DNA of 63,605 nucleotides, filler included, from Candidatus Eiseniibacteriota bacterium (GTDB taxonomy: Bacteria; Orphanbacterota; Orphanbacteria; Orphanbacterales; Orphanbacteraceae), in assembly GCA_043809585.1 (NCBI GenBank). It is 6 parts of 6 records of this genome, joined end to end, with 100 filler letters (N's around TTAATTAATTAA, not from the genome) between each part and the next. Parts side by side here need not be neighbours in the genome. Positions count along the whole stretch, not along the records: positions 29,479 to 39,450 come from JBDROZ010000030.1; positions 39,551 to 61,482 come from JBDROZ010000031.1; 4 more parts are not named here. One strand, given 5' to 3'. The notes under the pieces were generated by a model. That model was not told the DNA's origin and did not search any database. It worked only from the letters and a program-made list of their open reading frames with translations. Below, one piece after another: positions 29,933-40,020 of the stretch (positions are counted from its first letter, which is position 1; each line of letters begins with the position of its first letter). Position numbers and translations under genes: made by a program.

Positions 29933-32900
29933 TCACCTCCTCGCGATCGCGGGATCCCGCCGCGGCGGGGTTCCGGCGGCCTTCGCCCGAAACTCCGCCT
30001 CCAAATGGCGGAGCCGCTCCTCCACATCCACCCGCTTCCGGTTCTTCCGGACCATGTCCTCCCGGTAGGTCTTCAGGAAGTAGGCGATCGTCTCGACGCG
30101 GATCTTGATCGAACCGGTCGGCTTGTTCTCGTCGATGTCCTTGAAACTGAAGCAGGGCGTGCCGGACGTTTCGATCATCTCCTCGATCACCGTGTAGATC
30201 GGGGCGTCGTGGCCGCACTTGAAGTTCGAGAGCTCGAGGGCCACCAGGTTCGGGTGCCGGGCCACGTACTTCGCCGCGAACACCTTGGCCGTCGTGTTCT
30301 CGCTGTAGCTGTTCTTCCACACGTCCTCGACGCTCCGGGAATCGCGGATGCGCCCCTCCTCCACGTCCTTGCCGAACAGACGTTCGAGGATGTCGTCATC
30401 CATCGGAAGAGACATTTGCGTGAAGATCGGATAGCCGAGCTTCTGAAACTCGACCAGGATCTCGTGGTTGATGCCGGGGTCGTTGTGGTACGGGCGGCCG
30501 AGAAGGACGATGCCGAGCCGCTCCTCTTCCTCCAACTGCCGGAGGATCCGCCGTGCCTCGCCCCGCCGGATCTCGTTCACGAATCGATCGAGCGCGCCGT
30601 ACCCCGCCTCCACGGCCCGGCGGTTCTCCGCCGGCGTCAGGCCGAGCAGGTCCCGGAACTCCGTGTGCATCTGCCTCTCGAAGAGCTCCGGCTCTCCCGG
30701 ATTGACGAACGTGTCGAGGTAGCGGACTCCCGCCTCGGCGAAGAGGTCCCCCTCCTTGGTGAACGCCGCCTTCACCGCCTCCGGTGTGGCGGTCACGGTC
30801 GGGCAGGCCCGGTGGCCCCGGCACCCGGAGAATTCGCCCGGCAGGTCGTCGATCATGGGGAAGAAGATCCAGTCGAGGGGTTTCTTCGCGTGATGGACGT
30901 GAAGGAGATTGTGCACGTGGGGGATGCCGAGCTTGCTCGGGAAGCAGGGGTCGACGGCCCCCCGCTTCGCCCCTTCTTTGTAGAGATCTTCCGTCGTGTA
31001 GTCGGACCAGACCAGGTTCTTCCCCGGGACTCCGAGGCTTTCGAAGTAGGCCGTGAAGAGGGGAGCCAGGGAGTACATGTTGAGCGCCCGGGGCATTCCG
31101 ATCCGGACGCTCTCCCGTCTCCGCCGCGCGCCGGCCCTTCCCCTCGCGCCGGGCGTGAGGGCGAACTTCGGCTCCCCCTCCTGGGCGAGGGGAGGGGCGT
31201 ACGACCGGAACGCCCCCTTCGCCGCGATCTCCACCAGATTCGGGTTCGCCTTCTTCACCGCGTCGAGGCCCTTCTTGATCTCCCGCATGTCGTCCACGTC
31301 CTCGACGGTCCCCTTCTCGCAGGTGGCGATGATGATCCGGTTCGTGCCGGGGGGGAGGGGGAGCCGGGATTTGCCCTTCTGCGCCGGGCCGCCCGCCTTC
31401 TCCTCGTCCATCGCCCGCCGGGCCTCCGCCGACGCGTCGATGGACGCCGCATCTGCGTTCCCCTCGTCCGCCGCCTCCCGGTGACGGATCCGCGCCGCGT
31501 GGGGCTCTTCCGGACCCATCTTGTACGGGAAGGGATCTTCGCTTTCCGGGTCGTGGGCGGTCTTCACGTCGATGAAGGTCCGGAGGCACTTGTTCTTGCA
31601 GAAGTAGCAGCGCGTTTCCTCGCTCCGGGTGGTGGTGTACTCGATCCCCTCCACCGCCTCGAGGCCGATGAAGGTCGTCTCGTGGCCGTTCTCGTGGAGC
31701 CGTGCCGCTTCGAGGGCGGCGCCGATCGCGCCCGACTCCCCCGTGTGCTCGTGGACGAAGACGTTCGGCTTCTCGTCCTTCCCCCGGAACCGGCTCTCGA
31801 TGAAGTCGACCTGGGCCTTCACCGCCGCCAGGTTGTTCTGGGTGCCTCCTTGGAGCACGAAGTTCGAGCCGAGTTTCGCGAGGTTCGGAATCTGGCTGAC
31901 GTAGAGCCAGATGTTCTTCGGAAGAACGCTCGCGAGCCCCGCCATGATCTCCTCCGGCCGCCACCCCTGGCGCTGGAAGTCCACGATGTCCGACTGCATG
32001 AAGACGGCGCATCCGTAGCCGAACTCGGGGCGGGCCTTCGCCGAGAAGGCGAGATCCGCGAACTCCTCCACTTTGTGGCCGAACCCCTCGGCCGTGTTTT
32101 GGAGGAAGTAGCCGTTCCCCGCCGAGCACTGGGTGTTCAGCTTGAAGTCCTTCACCTGGCCGTTGTTCAAGATGATGATCTTGATGTCCTGGCCGCCCAC
32201 GTCGCAGATCACGTCCACATCGTCGTAGTAGTGAAGGGCGCTCTTCGTGTGAGCCACGGTCTCCACGAGGGCCACGTCGCCGCAGAGGGCATCCCGGAGG
32301 ACGTCCTTCGCGTAGCCCGTGGTCCCCACGCCGAGCACCACGAGGGTCGCCCCCCCGGATTCGACCTGGCCCCGCAGCTCACGGAACATCTCGATCGTGT
32401 CCTCGATCGGGTTCCCCTTCGAGAGCTGGTACGCCTTGGCGAGCAGCTTCTTCTCCGGCGACATCAGGACCGCCTTCGTCGACGTCGAGCCGCCGTCGAT
32501 GCCGACGAAACCGCGCACCACTTCGCCGGCGGCGAAGTCCGCCGGCGCCCATGGCTTCTTCCGGTACCGTTCGAGAAAGGCGGCGAGCTCCTCGTCGCTG
32601 GCGGCGAGACCCGTGCCCCCCCTCGTCCGCTTGTCCTCTTCCCGGCCCACCTCGATGTAGTGCCGGAGCCGCCCGCACCCGTCGTAGGTGCCGGCGTCCG
32701 GGTCCTCCCGCCTGCCGAACTCGGCGGCGCCGAGGGCGGCGAAGTACTGGGCGTTTTCGGGCACGCGGATCAGCTCTTCCATGGGGCGGTCCGGCACCGG
32801 CACGTTTCGCTCTTTCCACATGGCGGGAATGTTCTGGCGCCACGCCTCGACCATGCCACGGATGTACGTGTTCGGCCCGCCGAGGAGAAGGACCACCGGC

Positions 32901-33598
32901 CGGAGCGTGTGGCCCCGGGTCAGCACCGAGAGGTTCTGCTGCACGATCGACTCGAAGAGGGAAGCCATCAGCTCTTCCCGAGGCACCCCCTGCTTTTGGA
33001 GGCCGTTGATGTCGGTCTCGGCGAAGACCCCGCACTTGCCCGCCACGTGGTGGAGCCTGATCCCGTCGTAGCCCTGCTCGCAGAGCTCGGCAGGAGGAAT
33101 CTGCAGCTTGGCGTTGATCTTGTCGATCACGGCGCCGGTCCCCCCCGCGCACTTTTCGTTCATGGAGGGGATCTTCTTCTTCTGGGCCGAGCCCTGCATC
33201 TCCTTGAAGACGATGATCTTCGCGTCTTGGCCGCCGAGCTCCACCACCGAGTTCGCCTCGGGCATGAGCTTTTCCACGGCGAGGCTGACGGCGGTCACCT
33301 CCTGGACGAACTTCGCGCCGAGGTGCTTCGCGATGCCCGCCCCTCCGGAGCCGGTCACGAAGAGGCGGAATCTCTCGGGGCCGAGATCGAGGTCCGATTC
33401 GATGCGCGTCAGGAACTCGAGGACTTTCTCGGGCTGCTTGGTCATGTGGCGCTGGTAGTCGCGCCAGAGGATGCGGTCCGACACCGGCTCCACCACCACC
33501 GCCTTCACCGTCGTCGATCCGACGTCGAGGCCGATGAGAAGGCTCCGGTCCGCCGCCGCCCGGTCGATCGGGGCGACCTCCTCCGCTTTCCGGATCAC
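29933..33598 (-). CDS. CoA-substrate-specific enzyme activase (two BadF/BcrAD ASKHA ATPase domains) fused to a DUF2229-like domain
   Basis: GLDVGSTTVK, ELGGQDAK, MNEKCAGGTG; second repeat GIDGGSTSTK, DVGGQDIK, LNTQCSAGNG; IGMPRALN, CFPSK, GRPYH, SNFKCGHD. GTG start overlaps the upstream TGA. Confidence 0.9.
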   Translation of the reverse strand: MIRKAEEVAPIDRAAADRSLLIGLDVGSTTVKAVVVEPVSDRILWRDYQRHMTKQPEKVLEFLTRIESDLDLGPERFRLFVTGSGGAGIAKHLGAKFVQEVTAVSLAVEKLMPEANSVVELGGQDAKIIVFKEMQGSAQKKKIPSMNEKCAGGTGAVIDKINAKLQIPPAELCEQGYDGIRLHHVAGKCGVFAETDINGLQKQGVPREELMASLFESIVQQNLSVLTRGHTLRPVVLLLGGPNTYIRGMVEAWRQNIPAMWKERNVPVPDRPMEELIRVPENAQYFAALGAAEFGRREDPDAGTYDGCGRLRHYIEVGREEDKRTRGGTGLAASDEELAAFLERYRKKPWAPADFAAGEVVRGFVGIDGGSTSTKAVLMSPEKKLLAKAYQLSKGNPIEDTIEMFRELRGQVESGGATLVVLGVGTTGYAKDVLRDALCGDVALVETVAHTKSALHYYDDVDVICDVGGQDIKIIILNNGQVKDFKLNTQCSAGNGYFLQNTAEGFGHKVEEFADLAFSAKARPEFGYGCAVFMQSDIVDFQRQGWRPEEIMAGLASVLPKNIWLYVSQIPNLAKLGSNFVLQGGTQNNLAAVKAQVDFIESRFRGKDEKPNVFVHEHTGESGAIGAALEAARLHENGHETTFIGLEAVEGIEYTTTRSEETRCYFCKNKCLRTFIDVKTAHDPESEDPFPYKMGPEEPHAARIRHREAADEGNADAASIDASAEARRAMDEEKAGGPAQKGKSRLPLPPGTNRIIIATCEKGTVEDVDDMREIKKGLDAVKKANPNLVEIAAKGAFRSYAPPLAQEGEPKFALTPGARGRAGARRRRESVRIGMPRALNMYSLAPLFTAYFESLGVPGKNLVWSDYTTEDLYKEGAKRGAVDPCFPSKLGIPHVHNLLHVHHAKKPLDWIFFPMIDDLPGEFSGCRGHRACPTVTATPEAVKAAFTKEGDLFAEAGVRYLDTFVNPGEPELFERQMHTEFRDLLGLTPAENRRAVEAGYGALDRFVNEIRRGEARRILRQLEEEERLGIVLLGRPYHNDPGINHEILVEFQKLGYPIFTQMSLPMDDDILERLFGKDVEEGRIRDSRSVEDVWKNSYSENTTAKVFAAKYVARHPNLVALELSNFKCGHDAPIYTVIEEMIETSGTPCFSFKDIDENKPTGSIKIRVETIAYFLKTYREDMVRKNRKRVDVEERLRHLEAEFRAKAAGTPPRRDPAIARR

Positions 33599-35412
33599 GC
33601 GGCCACCCCCTTCCCGCGTTTCTCCCGGACCGGGAGGCTCGGGTCGGCGGCCGGGAGCGCGGACGGAGCGGTCCCCTCGCGGCGCACGCCCTCCTTCCTC
33701 ATGCGGGCCGCCACGTGGAGGGCGAAGTTCGCCGCCTCCCCCGAATACCCCTTGGTGTGGGGCAGGGGGTACATGGGGCGCTTCAGCTCGGCGTGGACGT
33801 CGGCGTACGCGCGGATCTGCGGGAGGGGATAGCCCCCCTTCGCGAGGGCCCGTTCGAACTCGTCCCGCGCCTTCGTCCGCGCCTCGCCGAGGGCCATCTG
33901 GACGCGGCTGTGGGCGTTGATCTCCCCTTCGCCGCTCGTCTCGATGGGGAGGTAAATCATGTCGGGGTAATGGGAGACCACCGCCGCCTGGGCGCCGTCG
34001 GACTGGGTCGAAGGCATGCATCCGAAGGGCTTCAGGGAGAGCACCATGTGGGCGAGGTCCTTGTGGTGGTAGTAGATGTTCTTCGCCACCTCCAGGTGCC
34101 CCTCGCCGCCGCCGGCCCGGCTGTTGTAGAAGGGGTGGCCCATGCGCTCGAGTTCGAGTTGGTCCGCGAGGGCGTGGGCCGTGCCGCCGAGGGCCGTGCG
34201 GAGGCGATTATATTCCCGGTGAAAGAGGGTGCGCGCGAAGGCGAGGCGGCGGAGCTTCTTCCGGGCCCGCCACTCGATCTTGGTCCGCTTCCAAGGCTCC
34301 CGCCACCCCGGAACGACCATGCCCTCCTCGAGACCTTTCCGATCCCTGATCTTGTTCATGGCGCCGTGAATCATGTAGGTAATCCAGGTCCCTATCGGCT
34401 CGACGAGAACCTGGGCGTTCTCCCGCTCGAGGAAGGCGAACATGTTGAAATTGCCGTCCCCTTCGGTGGTCTGGGCCCAGAACTCGCCGGTGATCTTGAC
34501 GAGGGGCTTCACCCGGAGCCGGTCGACGTCGACGCGGTCGAAACGCTCCCGGGCGCGGGACATGGCCTTCACGAACTCGTCGCCCGTCAGCTGGTCGAGG
34601 AACTTCCCGACATAGGCCGCCTTCGACGCGAGGCCGGGCACGCGGGCCGCCGCGCCCCCCCACCGGCCTTCGAGCTCGAACCGCTTCTTCGCTTGGATCG
34701 TCTCGTACAGGTCCTCGATCACATCCCGGAGGGCCCGGTCCGTCTCGCCCGGATTCGTCTCGTAGGGACGGATGCGGTAGGCGACTTCGTTGACCAGGTC
34801 GCCCATGTTGAAGGCGTTCAGGATTCCGAGGAAGAAATCGAGGTTCATGGCGAGCCCGTCTTCCACGTCCGCTTGGTCGAGTCCGCCCGACTGTTGGAAG
34901 AGGATCACCCGGAACTCTTCGAAGCCGGCATTCCGGAGGGCGAGCCGGTACTCGGCTTCGTACATGCCGAAGCGGCAGGGGCCGCAGGCCCCGGCGGTGA
35001 GGTAGATGTAGTCGTTCGAGATCGCCGTGCGATTCATTCCGCCCTGTTCGAGCCCCTGGAGGTACTGGACGAGATTGCCCACGGTGAAGTAGGTCGGATT
35101 GCACTGGCCGTTATTGCCGTATTCCTTTCCGAGCTGGAAGGCGCGGACGTCGGGGGGGGGAAGGTAGGCGCACTTGTATCCGAGGCTTTCGAAGGCGGCC
35201 TGGAGGAGCTTCTCGTGTTTCCAGGTGAGGCCGCCGAAGAGGAGCGTCGTGTGGGCCCGCTCTTTCGCGGTGAAGGGGCGCTCCTTCGGTTTCGAGTATG
35301 GGCGGGGGCGCTCTTTCGCGAGTCCCGCCTCTTGCTCCCAACGCCGCCAGACCTCGCCGAGCTGCCGCTCGATTCGTTTTTCTTCGGTAGGGGACAGGGT
35401 CGAGTTCGTCAT
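33595..35412 (-). CDS. 2-hydroxyacyl-CoA dehydratase-like Fe-S partner of the activase
   Basis: GNNGQCNPTYFTVG, GACGPCRFGMY, KITGEFW, LKPFGCMPS. Confidence 0.82.
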   Translation of the reverse strand: MTNSTLSPTEEKRIERQLGEVWRRWEQEAGLAKERPRPYSKPKERPFTAKERAHTTLLFGGLTWKHEKLLQAAFESLGYKCAYLPPPDVRAFQLGKEYGNNGQCNPTYFTVGNLVQYLQGLEQGGMNRTAISNDYIYLTAGACGPCRFGMYEAEYRLALRNAGFEEFRVILFQQSGGLDQADVEDGLAMNLDFFLGILNAFNMGDLVNEVAYRIRPYETNPGETDRALRDVIEDLYETIQAKKRFELEGRWGGAAARVPGLASKAAYVGKFLDQLTGDEFVKAMSRARERFDRVDVDRLRVKPLVKITGEFWAQTTEGDGNFNMFAFLERENAQVLVEPIGTWITYMIHGAMNKIRDRKGLEEGMVVPGWREPWKRTKIEWRARKKLRRLAFARTLFHREYNRLRTALGGTAHALADQLELERMGHPFYNSRAGGGEGHLEVAKNIYYHHKDLAHMVLSLKPFGCMPSTQSDGAQAAVVSHYPDMIYLPIETSGEGEINAHSRVQMALGEARTKARDEFERALAKGGYPLPQIRAYADVHAELKRPMYPLPHTKGYSGEAANFALHVAARMRKEGVRREGTAPSALPAADPSLPVREKRGKGVAA

Positions 35413-35626
35413 GGCGGATTACCCTCCGATGATGCGAACCGGGGGAGTGGTGGGGGTGTGGGCGGGATTGTGGGAGAGGGGAGGACAGGAGTCAAAGCAG
35501 TAGATTTGTGATAGTTATGATCGTTCATTAGGAGAAATGATCGATGGGTGAAGGGCGGACGGGAGTCCGGGACTGATGGTGTAGTACGGGCGGGTCCTGT
35601 CCTGGGGCGGCGTGGCTCATCTCCAT

Positions 35627-35770
35627 GTCGCCGGATGCTCGGATCCGGCTACGGGGCTTGCCCGCCCCGCCCCTCGCTGGGGAAGCCCGCCTCCGCTGGG
35701 CAAACGCTCGGGGCGGACGGGCGGCGCCCCGGCCACCAAGCACCGGCGACGGAATTTCGGAAGCGACGCC
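35627..35770. repeat. Structured repeat family D, copy 1
   Basis: Reverse complement of 58533-58676 (144 bp) with scattered substitutions. Confidence 0.88.
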
Positions 35771-36049
35771 TGTGCCGCGCGTGGGCTCGGAAGGCCGTTC
35801 GTCCTGAGTGCCGCCGGTCCTCCGGCGGTGTATCGAAGGACCGTCCGGAGGGGGAGGAGAGGCATCCGCCCGATGGGGTACTCGGGGTGGGGATCTTCCG
35901 TGCCGCGCGCCGAGTCGGATCGCCAGTCTGGCCTCGGCTTCCTGCCTTGCGAGTTTCACGCGCGGCACGATCAGCACCGGTCTTCGAGCACCCGGGAAGG
36001 CGAACGTCATCCCTTTTCTTTCACCCGAGCATTCCGAAGTACCGATCCG

Positions 36050-36192
36050 CCGGCAGTCCTTACTGATCATATCCGGCCACGGGCGGGTGGCGCCGATGGG
36101 GGCCCGCGAGGAGCGCAGCGAAGCGAGCACTGCAGCGGGCAATCGGCGACAGGACCCGCCCGTACTAGATGAACAAGCAGACCACCTGGCTA
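36050..36192. mobile_element. Degenerate MITE-like long hairpin ending at the moeB stop codon
   Basis: Nested stems ACGGGCGGGT/ACCCGCCCGT (36079-36088 and 36154-36163), CGCCGAT/ATCGGCG, GCCCGC/GCGGGC; ends CTGGC-TA-G. Confidence 0.4.
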
Positions 36193-37425
36193 GTACTTCG
36201 GGATGCTCGGGTCCACCTCTTCCGCCCATGCGTGGATCCCGCCGACGAGGTTGTAAACCCGACCGTAGCCCTGGTAGGTGAGGAACATCGCGGCGTGGAG
36301 GCTGCGAATTCCCGTGCGGCAGACGCAGACGATCTCCTTCGAGCGGTCGATCTCGTGGAACCGTTCCGGAATCTCGCCGATGGGGATGACGACCGCCCCC
36401 GGGATCGCGCCGATCTGCGACTCGAGAGGCTCTCGCACGTCGAGGACGACCACGCCGTCCCCCGCGTCGAGCTTCTCCTTCAGCGTCCTCGGCTCCATGG
36501 AACCGACCGGGGCGCGGCGCTCCGCCCCCCGCCCCGTCCCCGCCGCGCGGTCGACCAGTTCGCTCACCCGGCGCCGGTGGGATTCTTCCGTCGCCCCCCC
36601 GGGGCCCGATCCCGGAAAGCCGCAGAACGCCTCGTAGTCGATCAGCTCCCGAACCGCCGGGTCCTTGCCGCAGACCGGGCAGCCTGGGTCCTTGCGGAGC
36701 TTCATCTCCCGAAAGGTCATGCGGAGGGCGTCGTAGAGGAGCAGCCGCCCGGCGAGGGTCTCGCCCGCGCCGAGGAGGATCTTGAGCGTTTCCGTCGCCT
36801 GGATCAGGCCGATGATGCCGGGGACGACGCCGAGGACCCCCCCGGCGGCGCACGACGGGGTGAGGCCGGGGGTCGGCGGCTCCGGATAGAGGCAGCGGTA
36901 GCACGGTCCCACCCGGGCGTCGAAAACCGTCGCCTGCCCCTCGAAGCGGAAAACGCTCCCGTGAACGTTCGGTTTCCCGAGGAAGACGCAGGCGTCGTTC
37001 ACGAGGTAGCGGGTCGGGAAGTTGTCCGAGCCGTCGGCGATCACGTCGTACCCGACGAGGACCTCCATCCCGTTCGCGGCGGTAAGCGGCCCGTCGTGGG
37101 CGACCGTCTCCACATGGGGATTCAGATCCTTCAGACGGTCGATGGCGGAGGATGTTTTCAGGCGGCCCACGTCCGAGGTACCGTGAATCACCTGCCGTTG
37201 AAGATTGGATTCGTCCACGGTGTCGTAGTCGACGATGCCGATCCGGCCCACGCCCGCGGCGGCGAGGTAGAGGGCGAGGGGGGACCCGAGGCCGCCGGCC
37301 CCGACGAGAAGCACCCGGCCCGCCTTCAGCCTTTCCTGGCCCTTCCGGGTCACCTCGGGAAGCACCAGGTGCCGGCTGTATCGGAGGACTTCCGCCTTCG
37401 AGAGAGAGCAGAGACGCCCGTTCAT
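36190..37425 (-). CDS. moeB: MoeB/ThiF adenylyltransferase fused to rhodanese (MoeZ-type)
   Basis: RYSRHL, VGAGGLGSP, SNLQRQ, DNFPTRY, PCYRC, CPVC; rhodanese DVRE...VCRTGIRS...LVGGIHAW. Confidence 0.93.
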   Translation of the reverse strand: MNGRLCSLSKAEVLRYSRHLVLPEVTRKGQERLKAGRVLLVGAGGLGSPLALYLAAAGVGRIGIVDYDTVDESNLQRQVIHGTSDVGRLKTSSAIDRLKDLNPHVETVAHDGPLTAANGMEVLVGYDVIADGSDNFPTRYLVNDACVFLGKPNVHGSVFRFEGQATVFDARVGPCYRCLYPEPPTPGLTPSCAAGGVLGVVPGIIGLIQATETLKILLGAGETLAGRLLLYDALRMTFREMKLRKDPGCPVCGKDPAVRELIDYEAFCGFPGSGPGGATEESHRRRVSELVDRAAGTGRGAERRAPVGSMEPRTLKEKLDAGDGVVVLDVREPLESQIGAIPGAVVIPIGEIPERFHEIDRSKEIVCVCRTGIRSLHAAMFLTYQGYGRVYNLVGGIHAWAEEVDPSIPKY

Positions 37426-37889
37426 GGTCGTCGCCTTTCTTTCGGGTTCCGGCCGCCGCCCGTCCGGATCGGCGCCGGCAGGAAGCGAGATCGATCCTCC
37501 GCGAGGCGCCACACCCGGAACCGGCCGGGCCGGCCGCCCCGCGTCTCCCATATAAGGTAGAAGAAATCGGGCCAGGCTTCCTCGAGATCGGCGCTCGACG
37601 GGTCGGGGGGGAGGCCGGGATGAGAGTGATAGACGCCGAGAATCGACGCGCCCCTCTCGCGCGCCCTGGTCTCGGTCCGTAAGTAGGCTTCGGGCGAGAT
37701 CATGTAGCCCGAGATACGTTCCCCGGGGCTTCTCTCATTTCCCGCGGGCCAGGCATCGGTGACCACCGGCTCCGCCCGGTTCCGATCTCCCACAAGGAAA
37801 CCGCAGCACTCTTCCGGATGGGCGCGGGCGGCGTGGCGCTGCACCGAGATCAGCGCGGGGGGTTCCATGCGAAGCGCGAACGGCATCAT
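37422..37889 (-). CDS. JAB/MPN+ (Mov34, M67) metallopeptidase, Mec/CysO-peptidase-like
   Basis: HPEECCGFLVG and YHSHP...PSSAD; ATGA overlaps on both sides. It is the C-terminal part of track ORF 37422..39248. Confidence 0.9.
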   Translation of the reverse strand: MMPFALRMEPPALISVQRHAARAHPEECCGFLVGDRNRAEPVVTDAWPAGNERSPGERISGYMISPEAYLRTETRARERGASILGVYHSHPGLPPDPSSADLEEAWPDFFYLIWETRGGRPGRFRVWRLAEDRSRFLPAPIRTGGGRNPKERRRP

Positions 37890-39205
37890 CCCGCACCGTG
37901 TCCGGAAATCCCGGCGCCGGTCCCCGGCGGATCGACGGCGTTCGGGTGGAAGAGGGTCTCGGTCTCCGGCTTTCGGTAGACGAGAAGAATCCCGAGAGCG
38001 ATCAGGACCAGAACCGACGAGGAGCCGAAAGGCGCGGCCGGCCCGAAGGCGTCGTAGAGGCCGCCCATGGAAACGCCGCTGATCGAGCGGCCGAGGCCGG
38101 TGACGCCCTGGTTCAGTCCCTGTACGCGCCCTTGATCCTCTTCGTGGGTCGCCGACGAGAGAAGAGACGTGACGGTCGGCGTGCTGAGGGCGATGCCGAT
38201 CGAAATGAGGAAGAGCGAGATCCAGAGGACCGAGTAGTGTCCGCCCGGGATGAGCGCGGCGAGTCCCGCGGCGATCATTAGGTACCCCGCCCGGGCGAGG
38301 TTCAGTTCCCCGAAGCGGGGCACGAGGGGACGGAGCCCGCCCCCCTGCACGGCCGCGCCGACGAGAAAGAAGACGCTGAGCAGTTTGCCCGTCTGCATGA
38401 CGTCGTATCCCCACCGGTCTTCGGCGAGCACCACGAGGGTCCCCTGGATCACCGAGAGCCCCGTGGTTCCGATGAGCACGGACCCGAGCAGTCGGCCGAC
38501 GCTCCGGTGTGCGAGGGCGAGGCGCCAAACCCGGGCGGCGCTCTTCCGGATCCGTCGGACGGCCTCGGCGTTCCGGGGGGCGGTCTCGGGAAGGGCGGCC
38601 AGGGCGATCACGAGGGCGAGCGCCTCGAGGGCGACGTTCATCCAGCCCACGGCGGCGTACGAGACGTGAGCCGCGACGATCCCGCCGAGGATGGGGCCGA
38701 TGATGAACCCGATGCCCGCCGTCGCCCCGAGGATCCCCATCCCCCGGGCCCGCTGCTCCGAAGGAAGACAGTCGGCGACGACCGACGCGCCCAGGGTGAG
38801 CTGGGCCCCGAAGAGGCCGAACATGGCGCGGGAGGCAAGAAGCCAGAAGAGGGCGGGAGAGAGCCCGAGCAGCGCCGCGAGCCCGCCGGACGTGTTCCCG
38901 AAGGACGGGGCGTACGCCCACATCCCGTAGCTCACCAAGGAGCCGGCGAGGGAGAAGAGCATCACCGGTTTCCGCCCGATCCGATCCGAGAGCCCGCCCC
39001 ACAAGGGTTGGAGGAAGATCTTCGGCGCCGCGGTGAGAAAGAAACAGAGGGTGACGTGAAACGCCGAGCCCCCGAAAGAGCGGACGTAGTAGGCGATCAC
39101 CGGGATCGTCGCGCCGAGGGAGACGAGCTCCAAGAGAAGAATGACCGAGATGGACGGCGGCAGCCGGTCCTTCCCGAGGATCGATTCGCCCCGATTTCGG
39201 ATCAT
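37886..39205 (-). CDS. MFS transporter (TetA/DHA1-like)
   Basis: Motif A GGLSDRIGRKP, motif C GFIIGPILGG, about 12 TM segments. Confidence 0.92.
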   Translation of the reverse strand: MIRNRGESILGKDRLPPSISVILLLELVSLGATIPVIAYYVRSFGGSAFHVTLCFFLTAAPKIFLQPLWGGLSDRIGRKPVMLFSLAGSLVSYGMWAYAPSFGNTSGGLAALLGLSPALFWLLASRAMFGLFGAQLTLGASVVADCLPSEQRARGMGILGATAGIGFIIGPILGGIVAAHVSYAAVGWMNVALEALALVIALAALPETAPRNAEAVRRIRKSAARVWRLALAHRSVGRLLGSVLIGTTGLSVIQGTLVVLAEDRWGYDVMQTGKLLSVFFLVGAAVQGGGLRPLVPRFGELNLARAGYLMIAAGLAALIPGGHYSVLWISLFLISIGIALSTPTVTSLLSSATHEEDQGRVQGLNQGVTGLGRSISGVSMGGLYDAFGPAAPFGSSSVLVLIALGILLVYRKPETETLFHPNAVDPPGTGAGISGHGAG

Positions 39206-39291
39206 GAGTCCGCTCCGTGGGCGGCTTCGTCCGCCCGGTTCCGATCAAGGTGTGTCGATTGTCCCTGATCTCCGGGCCTTCGTCTATTCGT

Positions 39292-39450
39292 TAGCCTTGA
39301 TCCGGCAATAAATCGCGAGTGAAAACGCGCGAGAGTGCGTCAGATGCTGCAGCGCGGAGCATTCACCAAGCGGAGCATATCCAACGATATGTGAGCATTG
39401 GTGAATGCGAGCACTGCGGCAGATGGCGTGCTATCGCGCGAGCGTCAGCG
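39292..39450 (-). mobile_element. MITE family B, right part (inverted)
   Basis: TA-GCCTTGATCCGGCAATAAATC terminus; shares 121 bp with 29258-29378. Confidence 0.8.
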
Positions 39451-39550
39451 NNNNNNNNNNNNNNNNNNNNNNNNNNNNNNNNNNNNNNNNNNNNTTAATT
39501 AATTAANNNNNNNNNNNNNNNNNNNNNNNNNNNNNNNNNNNNNNNNNNNN

Positions 39551-39880
39551 AGATTGCGCGCGCCCGGAGAATGGGAGGGTTTGCTCCCGCAGCACGACGA
39601 GCGTTCCAGTCCGCCCCGATCCCCCCCCTCCTCCGATCCGCCGCCCCGCCGGTCCGATCTCCGCCGGTCACTAGGGGGTGACGAGCAGTTACCTGTTTCT
39701 GCGTGCGGCGGGACGGGGAATCGGCATCGGGAGGGGCCGGGGCATAACCGGGGAGCTCATGGAAGATCTGCGCACCGCAGATTGCGCGCGCCCGGAGAAT
39801 GGGAGGGTTATCTCCCGCCGCACGACGAGCGTTCCAGTCCGCCCCGATCCCCTCCCTCCTCCGATCCGCCGCCCCGCCGG
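39551..39880. repeat. Structured repeat family C, two diverged tandem copies
   Basis: AGATTGCGCGCGCCCGGAGAATGGGAGGGT...CTCCCGC.GCACGACGAGCGTTCCAGTCCGCCCCG at 39551 and about 39780. Confidence 0.85.
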
Positions 39881-40020
39881 AATCATGCCCCCCCGTTCGC
39901 CATGAGTGCCGCCCGGTCCTCCGGACGGGCATTGCGCACGAGCACGACTGTTCCAGGGCGCAGAGGAGGGGTTCGAGGAAAACAGCCTCTTCGCGCTCCG
40001 TCCCCGTCCGAACGGTTCCT

